Origin: a virus
IMG/VR virus record: IMGVR_UViG_3300025732_000024
Coordinates: 1 to 64,000 of that record
Length of the DNA: 64,000 nt
Direction: 5' to 3' (one strand)
Shown: piece by piece, positions 33,128 to 43,151 of the stretch
Numbering within the stretch: position 1 is the stretch's first letter
Layout: the number at the start of each line of letters is the position of its first letter
Made by a program: the position numbers and the translations under genes
The notes under the pieces: generated by a model
Told to the model about the DNA's origin: nothing
What the model saw: the letters and a program-made list of their open reading frames with translations, nothing else
Database searches by the model: none

Positions 33128-34281
33128 ACATCCACTTTTCTAGCACCAATAAACCGAGGATCAGGTACTAATGGAAATCCACGGCCAGCTACAGTAATTT
33201 TTTCCTGGGGTGGCTCTTTACTGACTATTTCAGTAGTTGTAACTAGACCACCTGCGAAATTATTAGAAGCAGTAGGTACAATCGCTCGCTCGATGAAATT
33301 GTCAGTAGCAAAGAAATAGTAGTTTGCCGGAATATAAGAAAGGGTTTGTGTGCCTGTAACATTTGCGCCGCGCTGATAGTAGAACGCATCAGACACAATG
33401 ATTTGCACAGTGCCATATTGCCCACCACCTGCGATAACACGCTGGTTGATAGCATCACTTACAGCCTCTAAAGAAGGCGGAGGCAATTGCCCAATGGCAG
33501 CCGCGTCAGGTGTTCCTACTTCCATCAATACGCCTGTATTACGTGCAACAATCGCTTTTGTGCTACTTTGATTACGTAAGTCATTAGCTGTCTTACGGGA
33601 CATAACAATAAAAGGCGGGAACTTCTTCAAGTTGTCGTAATAAGCATTCATGTGACCAACAATATCGTTGATACCGGTAGCGTTTGCCCAGTTCGACCAT
33701 ACGGATGTACCTGTGAGTGCAGATGGTAGGTTGCCGTTTGGTATTTGACTGGCATAACTCAAGTTAGCTGTAATACCAGAGGTGGGGTCTGCATAGTTGC
33801 AAATACCCGTACAAGCCACCTGCAACGACATAACTGTATGCAAGTTGATTAATGATTGTGTCAACATCGCAGGAACAGCTAGGAACATATTCCTGATTGC
33901 TTCGGCTGCTTGACCATTGCCACTCATGGCTAGTTGCTCCGCTTGACGAGCAACAATGAAGTCCTCTTCAGTAATTAGCCGTGATTTAGCAAGTTTAAAG
34001 TTACCAAAAGTCTCCTGAGTAACTGTCAATCGCTCGCTATCCTGGGGAATATCACCATCAGTTGCCACGACGTACCCCACGGTAGGAGTGTAAGAGCGCA
34101 TTTTTAGCAACGCCAGAATAGGGTCTGAATACTGCACAAAAGGCAAGAATCTATTCAAAGCGGGGTCAGGATAACCATCTCTGTAGACTTCCCCCGTACT
34201 AGACACTGTAGACAGTTGCAAGTCAATAGCACGCTGCACTACACCGGGTTGATTGTTGACTAATTCGATAATAGAAGGCAT
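33124..34281 (-). CDS. Major capsid protein (lambda gpE-like)
   Basis: 385 aa; VVA.DG.IP, W......GI.DI, IVMS pattern; follows the protease and decoration genes. Confidence 0.8.
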   Translation of the reverse strand: MPSIIELVNNQPGVVQRAIDLQLSTVSSTGEVYRDGYPDPALNRFLPFVQYSDPILALLKMRSYTPTVGYVVATDGDIPQDSERLTVTQETFGNFKLAKSRLITEEDFIVARQAEQLAMSGNGQAAEAIRNMFLAVPAMLTQSLINLHTVMSLQVACTGICNYADPTSGITANLSYASQIPNGNLPSALTGTSVWSNWANATGINDIVGHMNAYYDNLKKFPPFIVMSRKTANDLRNQSSTKAIVARNTGVLMEVGTPDAAAIGQLPPPSLEAVSDAINQRVIAGGGQYGTVQIIVSDAFYYQRGANVTGTQTLSYIPANYYFFATDNFIERAIVPTASNNFAGGLVTTTEIVSKEPPQEKITVAGRGFPLVPDPRFIGARKVDV

Positions 34282-34292
34282 CTAATCACCAC

Positions 34293-35225
34293 CTAAACTA
34301 AATTAATTTGTGGATACAACGCTGTTAACTGACCATCAATGTAGGGAAGACGGCTTAGATATACGTCTGTATCCACATATAGTCCGTAGTTCTGACTTTC
34401 TCTGTATAGCAAATCAATTGCTAAAGCAGGGGAAAGCATACCTAAATTATCAGGCAAGCTTGTTGCCACGCCTAAAGGCATACCCAAAGGCACGGATACA
34501 GCAGCCGCACCGATTGTTACAACATCAGTGGCGGTATTTACGGCGGATATAGTCCCCACGGTGGTGTTAGGAGCAAGGTTGGCAGCTGACGCGGTGGCTG
34601 TTCCGTTGGTAGCTGTATCAGCAACGGTTAAACTATACAGACTGGTAAAGTCCTTAGCCCACAGAACTATATCTGTACTAGTTCCAGAACCAGCCACGGC
34701 TAAACCACTTACAAGCTTAGACAAGTATGGATTAGCGTTAATAGCAGCAATAATTTTATTTGCTACGTTTAAGTTAGTAGCGGTCAAAGATGCGCCAACA
34801 TCGCCAGACACCACGGTATAAACCAACGCCTGACCATTAATAGTAACGGTGACAGTATCACCCGCAGCCCAGCCACCACTAGCAGATGCAACGTTTACCC
34901 GTGCAGATGGTGGGATGATTGAAAGCACATCACCAACAACAAAAATACCAGCAGTTCCAGGCTTAAAAGTAACACTTGTACCACTAGCAGCCGTAGCAGC
35001 AACCGTAGTCATCCGTGGTAGAATCCGAGCCTTTGCAGAACCAGGAATGCTACCAGCAAAAAAACCAGGGGCGAATATTTTGACAAGCTTTCTAATAGCT
35101 CCTTCTTTCCCGGTGGCATAATCAGAATCTAGTGATTGGTATCGAGTTGCGATCGCTTCAGACCTTGCCAAAACAGGTAAAAAACCTGACAACTCATCAT
35201 CGTAAACATAGGTTTCATGTCTCAT
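34293..35225 (-). CDS. Head decoration / structural protein
   Basis: Between protease and capsid; Ala/Thr-rich; C-terminal RLPY.D. Confidence 0.6.
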   Translation of the reverse strand: MRHETYVYDDELSGFLPVLARSEAIATRYQSLDSDYATGKEGAIRKLVKIFAPGFFAGSIPGSAKARILPRMTTVAATAASGTSVTFKPGTAGIFVVGDVLSIIPPSARVNVASASGGWAAGDTVTVTINGQALVYTVVSGDVGASLTATNLNVANKIIAAINANPYLSKLVSGLAVAGSGTSTDIVLWAKDFTSLYSLTVADTATNGTATASAANLAPNTTVGTISAVNTATDVVTIGAAAVSVPLGMPLGVATSLPDNLGMLSPALAIDLLYRESQNYGLYVDTDVYLSRLPYIDGQLTALYPQINLV

Positions 35226-35236
35226 TATTTATCCCC

Positions 35237-36376
35237 TTACATAAAGATGGGTGATTGATTTAAAGTCTTGAGCAGTTCCGCCGCGTGAGATTCAACCTCT
35301 TTAGAGTCAGGCTGTGAAGGGTTCACAACAGGTTCTTTAATTGATTGCTCCAAGTTAATAAGAGGCTTTGCTCTTTTTTCAATCAATTCCAAGTGAAACT
35401 CAATGTGTCCAAGTTTGTCCGATTGGGACTTAGTGTGAAAAGCGATATCTTCACTAGGAACAGCAGAAAATAGCTCATTAAATTCACTATTTGATAACTT
35501 AGCTTCAGATACTAAATCTTCTGCTTTCTGGCGTAAATCATAATAGCGACTAGCAACTATTTCTTTCTTTTCAAAGTTAGCGATTAGAGCAGATTTTTCA
35601 GTTAATGCTGACTCCAGATGCTTAACCTGACCAGCTAATTTGTCGTTTTCAGAAGTGAGGATTTGCTGCTTGCTAAGAGCATCAGACAAAGCAGTTTTAG
35701 CAGATGCTAATTCTACTTCCAGGGTTTTATTGTCTAATTCATTCATACTATTTGTTGGTGAATTAAGGTAAAAATTGGGATTACCATTGATAGCTACATT
35801 TTTCAATTCCACAAAAGATTTACCATAACCGACACTAGGATCTGCGGGTATATCCTCAGAGGAAATTTCAAATAAAACTATCTTTGTAGCCTCTAACAAA
35901 GCCTTTTTTGTTAGCTCCCTATAACCATCGTTATCAGAATATTCAGCAGGTGTAACTACTCGATATTCCTCAACTGAATAACCAAAGCTAATACCGCCAG
36001 ATGTCCCGTCCTCAATATCAGACATGAACTGATCTGCCAGGGCATTTTTAGATAACTTAGCCATAGCAAAACCCTTTTCGCCGTCCAAAATCACATTCTT
36101 GATAATGCCGATTTTCTGACCGCGAGTATGATTTTTTAAGAATGGACAAGTACCACTAGCCACCCTAGACAAATCCCAGGCATTAGGGTCATGGGATAAA
36201 TACTCATCAAATACCACACTAGCTCCGTCGGGAAGCTCAGATAAATAACCGTATCTTTCACAGATATTCCCCTTAGAGGAAAAGGAAAAACCAACGGTTC
36301 TTTCCTCTCGGTTCAACTGTAAATCCGTAGACAGAAACTTGGTTAATATAGTTTTATTTTTGATTGCTGTGGGCAT
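35237..36376 (-). CDS. Prohead protease fused to scaffold
   Basis: PFLKNH...IG, GISFGYSV, EISS..IPADPSVG; coiled-coil C-terminus. Confidence 0.85.
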   Translation of the reverse strand: MPTAIKNKTILTKFLSTDLQLNREERTVGFSFSSKGNICERYGYLSELPDGASVVFDEYLSHDPNAWDLSRVASGTCPFLKNHTRGQKIGIIKNVILDGEKGFAMAKLSKNALADQFMSDIEDGTSGGISFGYSVEEYRVVTPAEYSDNDGYRELTKKALLEATKIVLFEISSEDIPADPSVGYGKSFVELKNVAINGNPNFYLNSPTNSMNELDNKTLEVELASAKTALSDALSKQQILTSENDKLAGQVKHLESALTEKSALIANFEKKEIVASRYYDLRQKAEDLVSEAKLSNSEFNELFSAVPSEDIAFHTKSQSDKLGHIEFHLELIEKRAKPLINLEQSIKEPVVNPSQPDSKEVESHAAELLKTLNQSPIFM

Positions 36377-36521
36377 GAATAAAACTTCAATTTAAACTAT
36401 CAACATTTTAGCAATAGCCATTTATAATATAATTAGATAATCAATGGAAGTCGCACATAGTAGCGATTTTCACCAATATTAATGTATAATATTAAAAATA
36501 ATTTACGCTATAAATAAACCA

Positions 36522-36779
36522 GTGATTGACCATCCTAACTCTTACGAAAATCTCACAACAGAGGAAAAAATAGGAATCCTTATTTTTATCTGTAGAGAAT
36601 CAAAAAACATTTCCAGAAAGCAATTAGCATCTAAAACAGGAAAGACTGTAGAGGTTGTCAGTGCTATTGAAAACCTGTTTCAACATCGAGAAGGCAAAAG
36701 GCAATCAATAACCTATGGTGAGATAGAAATGATTGCCCAAGCGTTAGAAGTTCCCATATCCCATATACTCCCTAAATAG
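36522..36779 (+). CDS. XRE-family HTH regulator
   Basis: RESKNISRKQLA..TG....VSAIE...IAQALEVP. Confidence 0.8.
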   Translation: MIDHPNSYENLTTEEKIGILIFICRESKNISRKQLASKTGKTVEVVSAIENLFQHREGKRQSITYGEIEMIAQALEVPISHILPK

Positions 36780-36781
36780 TT

Positions 36782-37111
36782 ATGCCAGCCACAGCACCAA
36801 GTTCTCTAAAACTAAGCTGGGAAAATGCCCTCAGTTTTGAATCATCCTTAGTCGCTCAGAACTACTACGGTGGTGTAGACGAGAAAGGCAATAGAAATCA
36901 GATTAATCAAGTGACTCAAACTCAAACACTATCCCTAGTCGTTCCCACCTTTGCAGATTACACGGAGATAGATACATTTCTGTTAGCCAATCTAGGCAAA
37001 CCATTCTATTTTGGCAACGTCTTATATCTCTGTGAATCGTTTAAATGGACTTGTCAAAACATGGAAGTTTTCAGTTTAGACCTTAGTCTAGTACAGGTTT
37101 TCCGTCCATAA
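36782..37111 (+). CDS. Minor tail protein (lambda gpM-like distal tail)
   Basis: IN...IDTFL...GKPFYF...YLCE.F...QVF pattern. Confidence 0.55.
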   Translation: MPATAPSSLKLSWENALSFESSLVAQNYYGGVDEKGNRNQINQVTQTQTLSLVVPTFADYTEIDTFLLANLGKPFYFGNVLYLCESFKWTCQNMEVFSLDLSLVQVFRP

Positions 37112-37149
37112 CCATGTAACACAAGCATCCTGCTTGTACTAACAACAAA

Positions 37150-38067
37150 TCAAAACAGCGATAACTGATGACTACCCGGTTCAACATCCTCTAATACTTT
37201 TTCTGTCTCCTCTACATTTAATCCACTATCAATCAGAGGAGTATTTAAGCGTTTGTGGATAATATCAATGTATTCTTTTTCTTTCTCAATGCAGATATAG
37301 TTTCTATTGAGTTCTTTACAAGCTAGTGCTGTTGTACCACTGCCAGCAAAGGGGTCAAGCACTGTACCACCTTCAGGGGTAAGCATTTCCACTAATCTTT
37401 TCATTACTTCCAATGGTTTTCCCGTGGGGTGGCAAACCATGTTTTTGTTGCCTTGATATTTTAAGCGTTCACTTTGCGTTGGTGGCAAAAAAGACCACAC
37501 ATTTGTATAGTTCGCAAGTCCTGGACTTCTATCCCCTCCACCACTAAATCTTTTATATTCTGGCAATCTTGATGAAGCTCGAGTGTGATGATTGTAATCA
37601 TCACCTTTAATAAGTTTTAATCTGAGATCCTTTATGTGCCTATCAATTCCTTCAAGTGTGGCAACATCCACTAAAACACCCGGAAGTTTAACATCTTCAT
37701 ATTTTCCTTTAGTTTGGTAAAATTTTTTATTTTTTAATGTATATACAATAATAGATTCATGTGATCTCTGAAGCCTTGGTGATGGTACGCAAACTCTCTT
37801 AATCCATGAAATATGCTCACAATAATGTAGGTTTTCATTATTAGCTGAATTAATCCAATCAACCATAGTTGGCATTTGCCCAAAGAACGCATAAAAGTCA
37901 TTTGTGACTCGTTTTACTTCCTTGGTAAACAGCGGAATATTAACAACATTATCCCATTTGGCAAGTCCAATACCATACGGCGGATCTGTAATTACAGCAT
38001 CAATAGACCTGTCAGGAATATCTTTTAAAACCTCAAAACAATCACCATGAATTACCTGATTAATCAT
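37150..38067 (-). CDS. Orphan N6-adenine/N4-cytosine DNA methyltransferase (beta class)
   Basis: GDC, TDPPY, HPTGKP, LDPFAGSGTT. Confidence 0.93.
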   Translation of the reverse strand: MINQVIHGDCFEVLKDIPDRSIDAVITDPPYGIGLAKWDNVVNIPLFTKEVKRVTNDFYAFFGQMPTMVDWINSANNENLHYCEHISWIKRVCVPSPRLQRSHESIIVYTLKNKKFYQTKGKYEDVKLPGVLVDVATLEGIDRHIKDLRLKLIKGDDYNHHTRASSRLPEYKRFSGGGDRSPGLANYTNVWSFLPPTQSERLKYQGNKNMVCHPTGKPLEVMKRLVEMLTPEGGTVLDPFAGSGTTALACKELNRNYICIEKEKEYIDIIHKRLNTPLIDSGLNVEETEKVLEDVEPGSHQLSLF

Positions 38068-38126
38068 AAGTAATAAGCAAAACTATATTTCATGGTAACA
38101 TTTTCACCTTACGTAACACAGCCAAC

Positions 38127-39605
38127 CTAACCAAAAGGATTGTAAATTTTCCCACCCACAAAACTACTACGGGGCGTGGAGTCCTGTAACTCACCAAAAG
38201 CACCATCGGTGCTATCCACAATGTCATTAGTTAGCGGCTTCTTGCTCCCATCAAATTCATGTAAAGCCGCCAAAAACTGGTCGTTCCAAGCACCTCTAAA
38301 TAACTTAACTTTTCCATCTTTAGCAGCTACAGCTAAAGGCATGGCACGGGTAACTTTATCTCCCAATGGCTTAACACCCTTAGCATCGTAACCTACCAAC
38401 TGGCGTTTAAGTGCCGACTCATACCGCTTACCAGCACTACCACCCTCTAGCTCCCACCGCACCTTGCAAGATGCCCCATCTTGTTGTGCTATCCGTAATA
38501 CTGAGTTATCCCCATCGTCTGCTGATACCTGCTCCCAATAGCAATCAAGCACATAGTAGATGCCTTCATAAAACTTGATTTTAGTCCGTACACTATAGAA
38601 ACTACTCTTGGATGCGGTAGCTGAAGATGTGGCCGCAAAGTCCCAAAATGCCACAGTTTGACCACCACTGGGAACAGCGTTAACGACTTCAAACCAATGG
38701 CGATTGAAAATAGTTCCCGACTCATATTTAATCTTCCAGTTTCCTTTAAGTAGTCGCTCCATCTCCACAGGATGCAACGATAAAAGATTCTGGAGATATT
38801 GGGGATTTGATTCCAATAAATGGGGATTATCGTAGACAGTCCCCTTGATAAAAGTAAAGCTTTTCGGCGGTGCAATTGCAGCCATATCAGGAAACTTATC
38901 CATTAATTCCTGCTCCGAATCACCCCAGTGCATCTCACTATTTATTCTGTAAAAATATCTCAAAACTCCAGACCGTTCCTCAATGGGATAACCAGTATCC
39001 TGGTTGATATACCAATTAATTAATTTAGCTACCCATGAGTCAGCGTCAGGGTTACAGGTTGCATCTATGCGCGGTCTCACTCCACAAGTTGACCTATTTC
39101 TGGAGAATAAAAACCAAAATTGACGCTCGGTAAATTTAGTCAACTCATCAAAGCCAAGATGACAAATCTGTGAACCGGGATACTTGTCCTCCACATCTTT
39201 TTCGTATTGGGCGTGCCCAAAACTAATTGCACTACCAGTAGGAAAATTCCAGTCCAATTGATATTCCCTAGACTGGGCATTAGGGATTAATTTATATAAA
39301 TTTCTAGACTCATCCCACAAACCACCTTCATTAGTTATTTCTGGTCGAGTCCGCCGCAAAATCACCGAACCATATCCAGGAACTTCCAAATGTTTAGCCG
39401 CTTTTAAAAGCATGGAATAAGACTTCCCGCTTCCGGCTGCTCCTCCATATATGCACACATCAGCAGGAGTATTGTAAAAAAGTTCTTGCGCTCCTGGTGA
39501 TGGTGCAGGCAAATCTACCACAAACTCAGTTAAATCAACGACATCTCTTGAAGCTTCTTTAATTTTATGTTTATTTCTAGGATTAAGTTGCCCAAACTTT
39601 ATCAT
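38127..39605 (-). CDS. Terminase large subunit
   Basis: YGGAAGSGKS Walker A, FDEL Walker B, ATCNP, WDFAAT and DIVDS nuclease motifs; start at ATG 39605. Confidence 0.94.
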   Translation of the reverse strand: MIKFGQLNPRNKHKIKEASRDVVDLTEFVVDLPAPSPGAQELFYNTPADVCIYGGAAGSGKSYSMLLKAAKHLEVPGYGSVILRRTRPEITNEGGLWDESRNLYKLIPNAQSREYQLDWNFPTGSAISFGHAQYEKDVEDKYPGSQICHLGFDELTKFTERQFWFLFSRNRSTCGVRPRIDATCNPDADSWVAKLINWYINQDTGYPIEERSGVLRYFYRINSEMHWGDSEQELMDKFPDMAAIAPPKSFTFIKGTVYDNPHLLESNPQYLQNLLSLHPVEMERLLKGNWKIKYESGTIFNRHWFEVVNAVPSGGQTVAFWDFAATSSATASKSSFYSVRTKIKFYEGIYYVLDCYWEQVSADDGDNSVLRIAQQDGASCKVRWELEGGSAGKRYESALKRQLVGYDAKGVKPLGDKVTRAMPLAVAAKDGKVKLFRGAWNDQFLAALHEFDGSKKPLTNDIVDSTDGAFGELQDSTPRSSFVGGKIYNPFG

Positions 39606-39716
39606 TATATTTATGTTTATTTTATTAACCAAGTTTAATATAAAATCATTGCATTTATTCTGACAAATTAAACGCAAGGATGCAATAATATTATTAGATA
39701 ATAACGACTTTCAACG

Positions 39717-40451
39717 ATGCAATTAATCAAAGATTCTCGTTTTCAGGTAGTAATTGATAAAGATGCGAGTTCCCCAAATCCCCAAGTCGCTATATGGAAA
39801 GGACAACATAGATGTGTTGCTGAAAAGTTCCTTCCCGATGATGAAACACCTTCGCCAGAGAAGTGCGGAGAAACCATCATCAAGCACCAATTAGCGGGCG
39901 ATAGAGGGCATTATTCAGTTTTAAGGAAAGCTTTTATTAGCTTCCATTGCATAGGCTTTCCCCATAGCGTTGTCAGCCAAATTACCAGGCATCAAGACTC
40001 ATCTTTCCTGGTTCAATCAATGCGATATACAGGAAAAAGAATAGTTGATTGTGCTAATTTGGATATCCCTGTTGAAGATGTATTTTATTTTCGTCCAATA
40101 GGAAATTATAGCGATCGCCAGGGTAGCAAGTACGAATATACTAATCCCGACTTAATGGACGACAAAGCCGCGTCTTATCGGTCAGCAGTCTTGTATGGGG
40201 AAAAGATTGCTGACGGGCATTCAGAGGAACACGCCAGGGATTTGCTGACATACAACTTCCGTCAGGACTTCGACCTTGGTGGCGACCTACAGGCAATCTG
40301 GCACTTGTTAGATCAGCGCACCAAGTCCGACTCTCAGATTGAGGTCAGAACACTAGCATGGATGATGCTAGATTGCCTCAAAGAATTTACCCCAGAACTT
40401 ACAGAATGGTATCTGGAGAATAGGGCAGGGAAAGCTAGGCTAGCACCGTGA
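39717..40451 (+). CDS. thyX: FAD-dependent thymidylate synthase ThyX
   Basis: GHYSVL, FPHSVVSQITRH, SFLVQSMRY, EHARD, SQIEVR, KARLAP. Confidence 0.92.
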   Translation: MQLIKDSRFQVVIDKDASSPNPQVAIWKGQHRCVAEKFLPDDETPSPEKCGETIIKHQLAGDRGHYSVLRKAFISFHCIGFPHSVVSQITRHQDSSFLVQSMRYTGKRIVDCANLDIPVEDVFYFRPIGNYSDRQGSKYEYTNPDLMDDKAASYRSAVLYGEKIADGHSEEHARDLLTYNFRQDFDLGGDLQAIWHLLDQRTKSDSQIEVRTLAWMMLDCLKEFTPELTEWYLENRAGKARLAP

Positions 40452-40516
40452 GGATACGTACGGCAAAGCCCGCTACTCGTGAGATTAAGTAGCGGGCTTT
40501 ATGCTATTTGGTTGCA

Positions 40517-41002
40517 TTAAATTGTCACAATCCATCCGCAGGTGCGGACTCCGTAGGGGAATCCGTCAACGTCGACGGGGTTGGATTGACCGACTACGAA
40601 CTCAAGCTCGATAGGTTTGCAGCCATTAGCCTTGGCTACAAACTTTACCTTAGACCCCACGGGAATTTCATATTCTGCGACACACCACTTGCCATGATTT
40701 CCTTTGTTGCCAACAAGTTCCCATTCGGGTTTTTCTAGAGGCTTCAAAGCCTCCCAGATGGGTTTGCCGTTTACGGTGACGGTTGCTGATCTCCACTCGG
40801 TTGTATGGCTCTCTGAGCCAGTCTTCGTTTGTACTTTCATTGCTTTCATTTTGCATTCCTTCTTTGCCACTAGTTTGTCTAGTTCTCCTTCCAAGATAAC
40901 AAGACGGTCAACGAACCATTTAACACCCCTTTCAATTTCGCGTAGGCAAGCAGCGATTTGGTTTTTTACTGTACGGATTTGAAAAGAAAGTGTAGTAGCC
41001 AT
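40517..41002 (-). CDS. Hypothetical protein with shared QIAACLREI N-terminal module
   Basis: Has its own promoter cassette; N-terminus similar to 41092..41529. Confidence 0.7.
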   Translation of the reverse strand: MATTLSFQIRTVKNQIAACLREIERGVKWFVDRLVILEGELDKLVAKKECKMKAMKVQTKTGSESHTTEWRSATVTVNGKPIWEALKPLEKPEWELVGNKGNHGKWCVAEYEIPVGSKVKFVAKANGCKPIELEFVVGQSNPVDVDGFPYGVRTCGWIVTI

Positions 41003-41066
41003 TGCCTTGTTTCCTTTGTGTTTTCTGTATATGAATAATATAGTCTATCCATTAACAATATGTCAA
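41003..41066 (-). promoter_or_regulatory. Repeated promoter/leader module, copy 1
   Basis: TTGACA-tattgttaatggatagac-TATATT...AAAGGAAACAAGGCA-ATG. Confidence 0.8.
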
Positions 41067-41091
41067 CCTTTAGGATAAGCTATTTTTGATG

Positions 41092-41529
41092 TTATTTCAA
41101 TAAAACGACAACTCCACATTTTCTTGTCATTGGTCTGCCCCAGTCGTCTTTATAATTTTCCGTTATGTCAATGCTTATACTCGTTTCTGTTTTGTTTACT
41201 ATAAAATAATTTTTTCTGCCAATTCTACCTTCAGGTAAGCCACTAGCTAAAAGTGCCTTAACTCCTTTAATTTCAGTAGCCGTTACGTGACTATTATTCT
41301 TACCTTTTATTGATTTAACTTGATTCTTGGTTGTTGTAGTTGCTGCTTCTGTTAATTCTTTGTTTAATCCTTCTAACTTATCTTCTAGAATAACTAACCT
41401 ATCAATATAACTTCTTATTCCTCTATAAATTTCCCGCAAGCACGCCGCTATCTGTTTATTTAAAACAAGTATTTTAAATCTAATTTCTTGAATTAAACTT
41501 TGTTGTTTTTTGCTTATTGTAGTAGTCAT
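41092..41529 (-). CDS. Hypothetical protein with shared QIAACLREI N-terminal module
   Basis: Start at ATG 41529 after the repeated leader. Confidence 0.7.
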   Translation of the reverse strand: MTTTISKKQQSLIQEIRFKILVLNKQIAACLREIYRGIRSYIDRLVILEDKLEGLNKELTEAATTTTKNQVKSIKGKNNSHVTATEIKGVKALLASGLPEGRIGRKNYFIVNKTETSISIDITENYKDDWGRPMTRKCGVVVLLK

Positions 41530-41591
41530 TGCCGTGTCCCTTGTGTTTTGTGTATATGAATAATATAGTCTATCCATTAATAATATGTCAA
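41530..41591 (-). promoter_or_regulatory. Repeated promoter/leader module, copy 2
   Basis: TTGACATATTATTAATGGATAGACTATATT. Confidence 0.8.
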
Positions 41592-41694
41592 CTACTTTTT
41601 TCTTAATTTTATACTGAATTTTAAAATATTTATTTGATACAGAGTGACTAGCTACTTACAATAAAAAACATCCAGTTGTCTGGATGCTTATTTT

Positions 41695-42153
41695 TTAGAA
41701 GGGTAGATTTTCTGGGGTTATTGACTGTTTATCTTTTTTCATTTGCCTTAACCAAGGTCTTAAGTATCGGCAATTTGTTATTTTTTGTTCCTCTTCTTCA
41801 GAGAAATCTTCTAACCAGCATCTTATGTCTTGACCTTCTTTCCAAAAAGACCTGCGACAAACCTCCGCTATTGCCTCGTCTAAATCACTCGTCTCTATCA
41901 AGTTCCTGTTCATTGTCTCGTAGCTGTAGCCCTTTTTTATTAAGACTTCATCTACAGAAGTGCCGTCAAGACATAATAAATAATTTGAATGCTTGATAGA
42001 AAAATCTAATAATTTAACGTCTTTTTTGTCTTTATAAATCTCCTTTATTTCGTATCCGTGTTCCTTTAATTTTATCTGTACTAGCTTTGCTACAAATTTT
42101 TGGTATGCTGTGAGTTCTTCTTTACACCATGCCAGGTTAAAATTTGTAACCAT
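41695..42153 (-). CDS. Hypothetical protein
   Basis: Own promoter cassette; AGGAG Shine-Dalgarno. Confidence 0.7.
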   Translation of the reverse strand: MVTNFNLAWCKEELTAYQKFVAKLVQIKLKEHGYEIKEIYKDKKDVKLLDFSIKHSNYLLCLDGTSVDEVLIKKGYSYETMNRNLIETSDLDEAIAEVCRRSFWKEGQDIRCWLEDFSEEEEQKITNCRYLRPWLRQMKKDKQSITPENLPF

Positions 42154-42189
42154 TGTCTGTGTCTCCTGTTGTTTATTTGTTTTTCCTTA

Positions 42190-42285
42190 CATAATTAATA
42201 TAGTCTATCCATTAATAATATGTCAAGGGTTTTAAAAAATATTTTTTTTGGCATTAAAAAACCCTGAGTTAATCAGGGTTTTAGC
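42190..42285 (-). promoter_or_regulatory. Repeated terminator plus promoter module, copy 3
   Basis: AAAACCCTGA...TCAGGGTTTT hairpin, then TTGACATATTATTAATGGATAGACTATATT. Confidence 0.8.
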
Positions 42286-42289
42286 TTTA

Positions 42290-42718
42290 TTAAAATTTTA
42301 TATTTTCTGGCTTGAACAATCCGTTCTCTACAGTTTTACCTAACGCTACTAAATTTTCTCCAGTGTACTGCTCTAAATAAACTTTTATTTCTCCAGGTAA
42401 AAAACCAGCCTCTAACATCAATAGTTCAACGCTACGTTTATTGGAAATATGCCAAGTGATGATTGCATTGTTGGCTCTATAAGCCCCTGACTTGAAGTGG
42501 ACTACCCAATACCCGTCATCGTGCTTATGTTCCCAAAAATAATCATCAAGTAACTGTCTTTCATACCAAGGAATTGTTCCTCGGTAAAGTTTGCCAAACT
42601 CGTCACCTTCTGCTAATTTTTCATATTTTTCTAGTAGAGCGATCGCCTTCTTGATTTGATTTTCTTTTAATACTAACTTTTTGTCAAATAATCTACCGTT
42701 TAATTCTACTAATGCCAT
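42290..42718 (-). CDS. Hypothetical protein
   Basis: Own promoter cassette. Confidence 0.7.
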   Translation of the reverse strand: MALVELNGRLFDKKLVLKENQIKKAIALLEKYEKLAEGDEFGKLYRGTIPWYERQLLDDYFWEHKHDDGYWVVHFKSGAYRANNAIITWHISNKRSVELLMLEAGFLPGEIKVYLEQYTGENLVALGKTVENGLFKPENIKF

Positions 42719-42838
42719 TGCCTTGTTTCCTTTGTGTTTTGTGTATATGAATAATATAGTCTATCCATTAATAATATGTCAAGGGTTTTAAAAAATATTT
42801 TTTTGACATTAAAAAACCCTGACTAGGTCAGGGTTTCA
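42719..42838 (-). promoter_or_regulatory. Repeated terminator plus promoter/leader module, copy 4
   Basis: Near-identical to copies 1-3. Confidence 0.8.
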
Positions 42839-42841
42839 GGC

Positions 42842-43009
42842 TTATTCCGCTTGTTTCTTTTCGGCATATTTACGCCGCATATACTCCCGCTTGGCTTCTC
42901 GTTGCTTCTCCAGTTGCTCTGGAGTCATACTTTGCTGCCACTTCCTTTTGCGGGCTTTCCCTTTTTCTGTGGCGTCGTATCGTGCTTGGGTTTCTGGATC
43001 GTAACTCAT
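42842..43009 (-). CDS. Small basic helical protein (candidate cassette regulator)
   Basis: AAAGGA Shine-Dalgarno, ATG 43009; Lys/Arg-rich; its promoter carries the same GATAGACTATA box. Confidence 0.6.
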   Translation of the reverse strand: MSYDPETQARYDATEKGKARKRKWQQSMTPEQLEKQREAKREYMRRKYAEKKQAE

Positions 43010-43151
43010 GGCAGTCCTTTGATAATTATATATTTTATATAGTCTATCTAGCACTCCTTGTCAATGAATAGCGTATACAGAAATACTAGGAAATATTTTT
43101 AAATTAAGTATAGACTATATTAATTATATAAAAGACAAAGGAAACACAACA

